From: Pseudobacteriovorax sp.
Lineage (GTDB): Bacteria; Bdellovibrionota_B; Oligoflexia; Oligoflexales; Oligoflexaceae
Direction of reading: 5' to 3'
DNA: 25,063 nt
Assembly: GCA_050293845.1 (NCBI GenBank)
Contig: JBNKNM010000025.1
Span: 18,138 to 43,200 of the forward strand
Under the pieces are notes generated by a model, which was not told where the DNA came from, ran no database searches, and saw only the letters and a program-made list of their open reading frames with translations. Shown here in pieces: positions 24,673 through 25,063 of this stretch. The position numbers were made by a program, and so were the translations under genes. Positions within the stretch are counted from its first letter, which is position 1, and each line of letters starts with the position of its first letter.

Positions 24673-24972
24673 TTGTTAGTGAATATTGCCTCTGTCATAT
24701 CTCAAAACATAAGAAAAAGACGAAAAGAGCTAGGTTGGTCCCAGCAGGAAGCAGCCGACAGAATGAAATGCACTTTACGTAATTACCAGCATTACGAAAA
24801 CCATTCTCAACCTCCGAACTTTTCCATTGGAACCTTACAGCAAATTGCTAACGGCCTTAAATTTGAGTTTATGGAGCTTTTCGCTGGAGTCGCCGAACCA
24901 AGCCCTAGTGAAAAAGAGAAGCAAGAGCTTGCTAAAATTATCTGCGAGAGCCTTGCCAAATTGATCAAATAA
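24673..24972 (+). CDS. XRE/Cro-family helix-turn-helix transcriptional regulator
   Basis: NIRKRRKELGWSQQEAADRM......YQHYE....PN.SI.TL.QIA.GL motif; exact start uncertain (TTG 24673 or GTG 24679). Confidence 0.88.
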   Translation: MLVNIASVISQNIRKRRKELGWSQQEAADRMKCTLRNYQHYENHSQPPNFSIGTLQQIANGLKFEFMELFAGVAEPSPSEKEKQELAKIICESLAKLIK

Positions 24973-25063
24973 TTTTTTTCTGTTCCTTTTCTTTTTTTAG
25001 CACGCACCTCCCCGCCCCTATAGGCCGCAAGGGGCTAGTACCCTATCCGCCGGGGCTTGATAC

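Overview
Most of the window (about 257-23075, minus strand) is a near-complete myophage morphogenesis operon. It has a lambda-type head block (gpW-like adaptor, lambda-family portal, fused prohead protease/major capsid protein, DUF2190, head-tail joining protein, tail terminator). This is joined to a Mu-like contractile tail block (DUF2635, sheath, tube, chaperone with a GGGAAAG -1 frameshift, tape measure, gpN-like protein, gpP hub, gp45 spike, gp46, gp47/J, gp48/YmfQ, short tail fibre), ending in a signal-peptide repeat fibre protein, an M15A peptidase (endolysin candidate) and a terminator. The operon is interrupted by a DNA adenine methyltransferase (between gp45 and gp46) and by a roughly 3.9 kb cargo block between gpN and gpP (MmcB-like nuclease fusion, nucleotidyltransferase + XRE pair, FinO-like-domain protein). 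No terminase sits at its usual place upstream of gpW, and no holin or spanin is recognisable. Instead the right end carries a coiled-coil DNA-binding-like gene, a stand-alone receiver domain and an XRE regulator. The most unusual signal is non-coding: a 25-bp motif repeated three times at the heads of structural sub-modules, an 18-bp GATC-centred palindrome repeated three times, and recurrent hairpins that pair with the Shine-Dalgarno sequences of several genes. All family calls come from motif recognition and synteny, not database searches.
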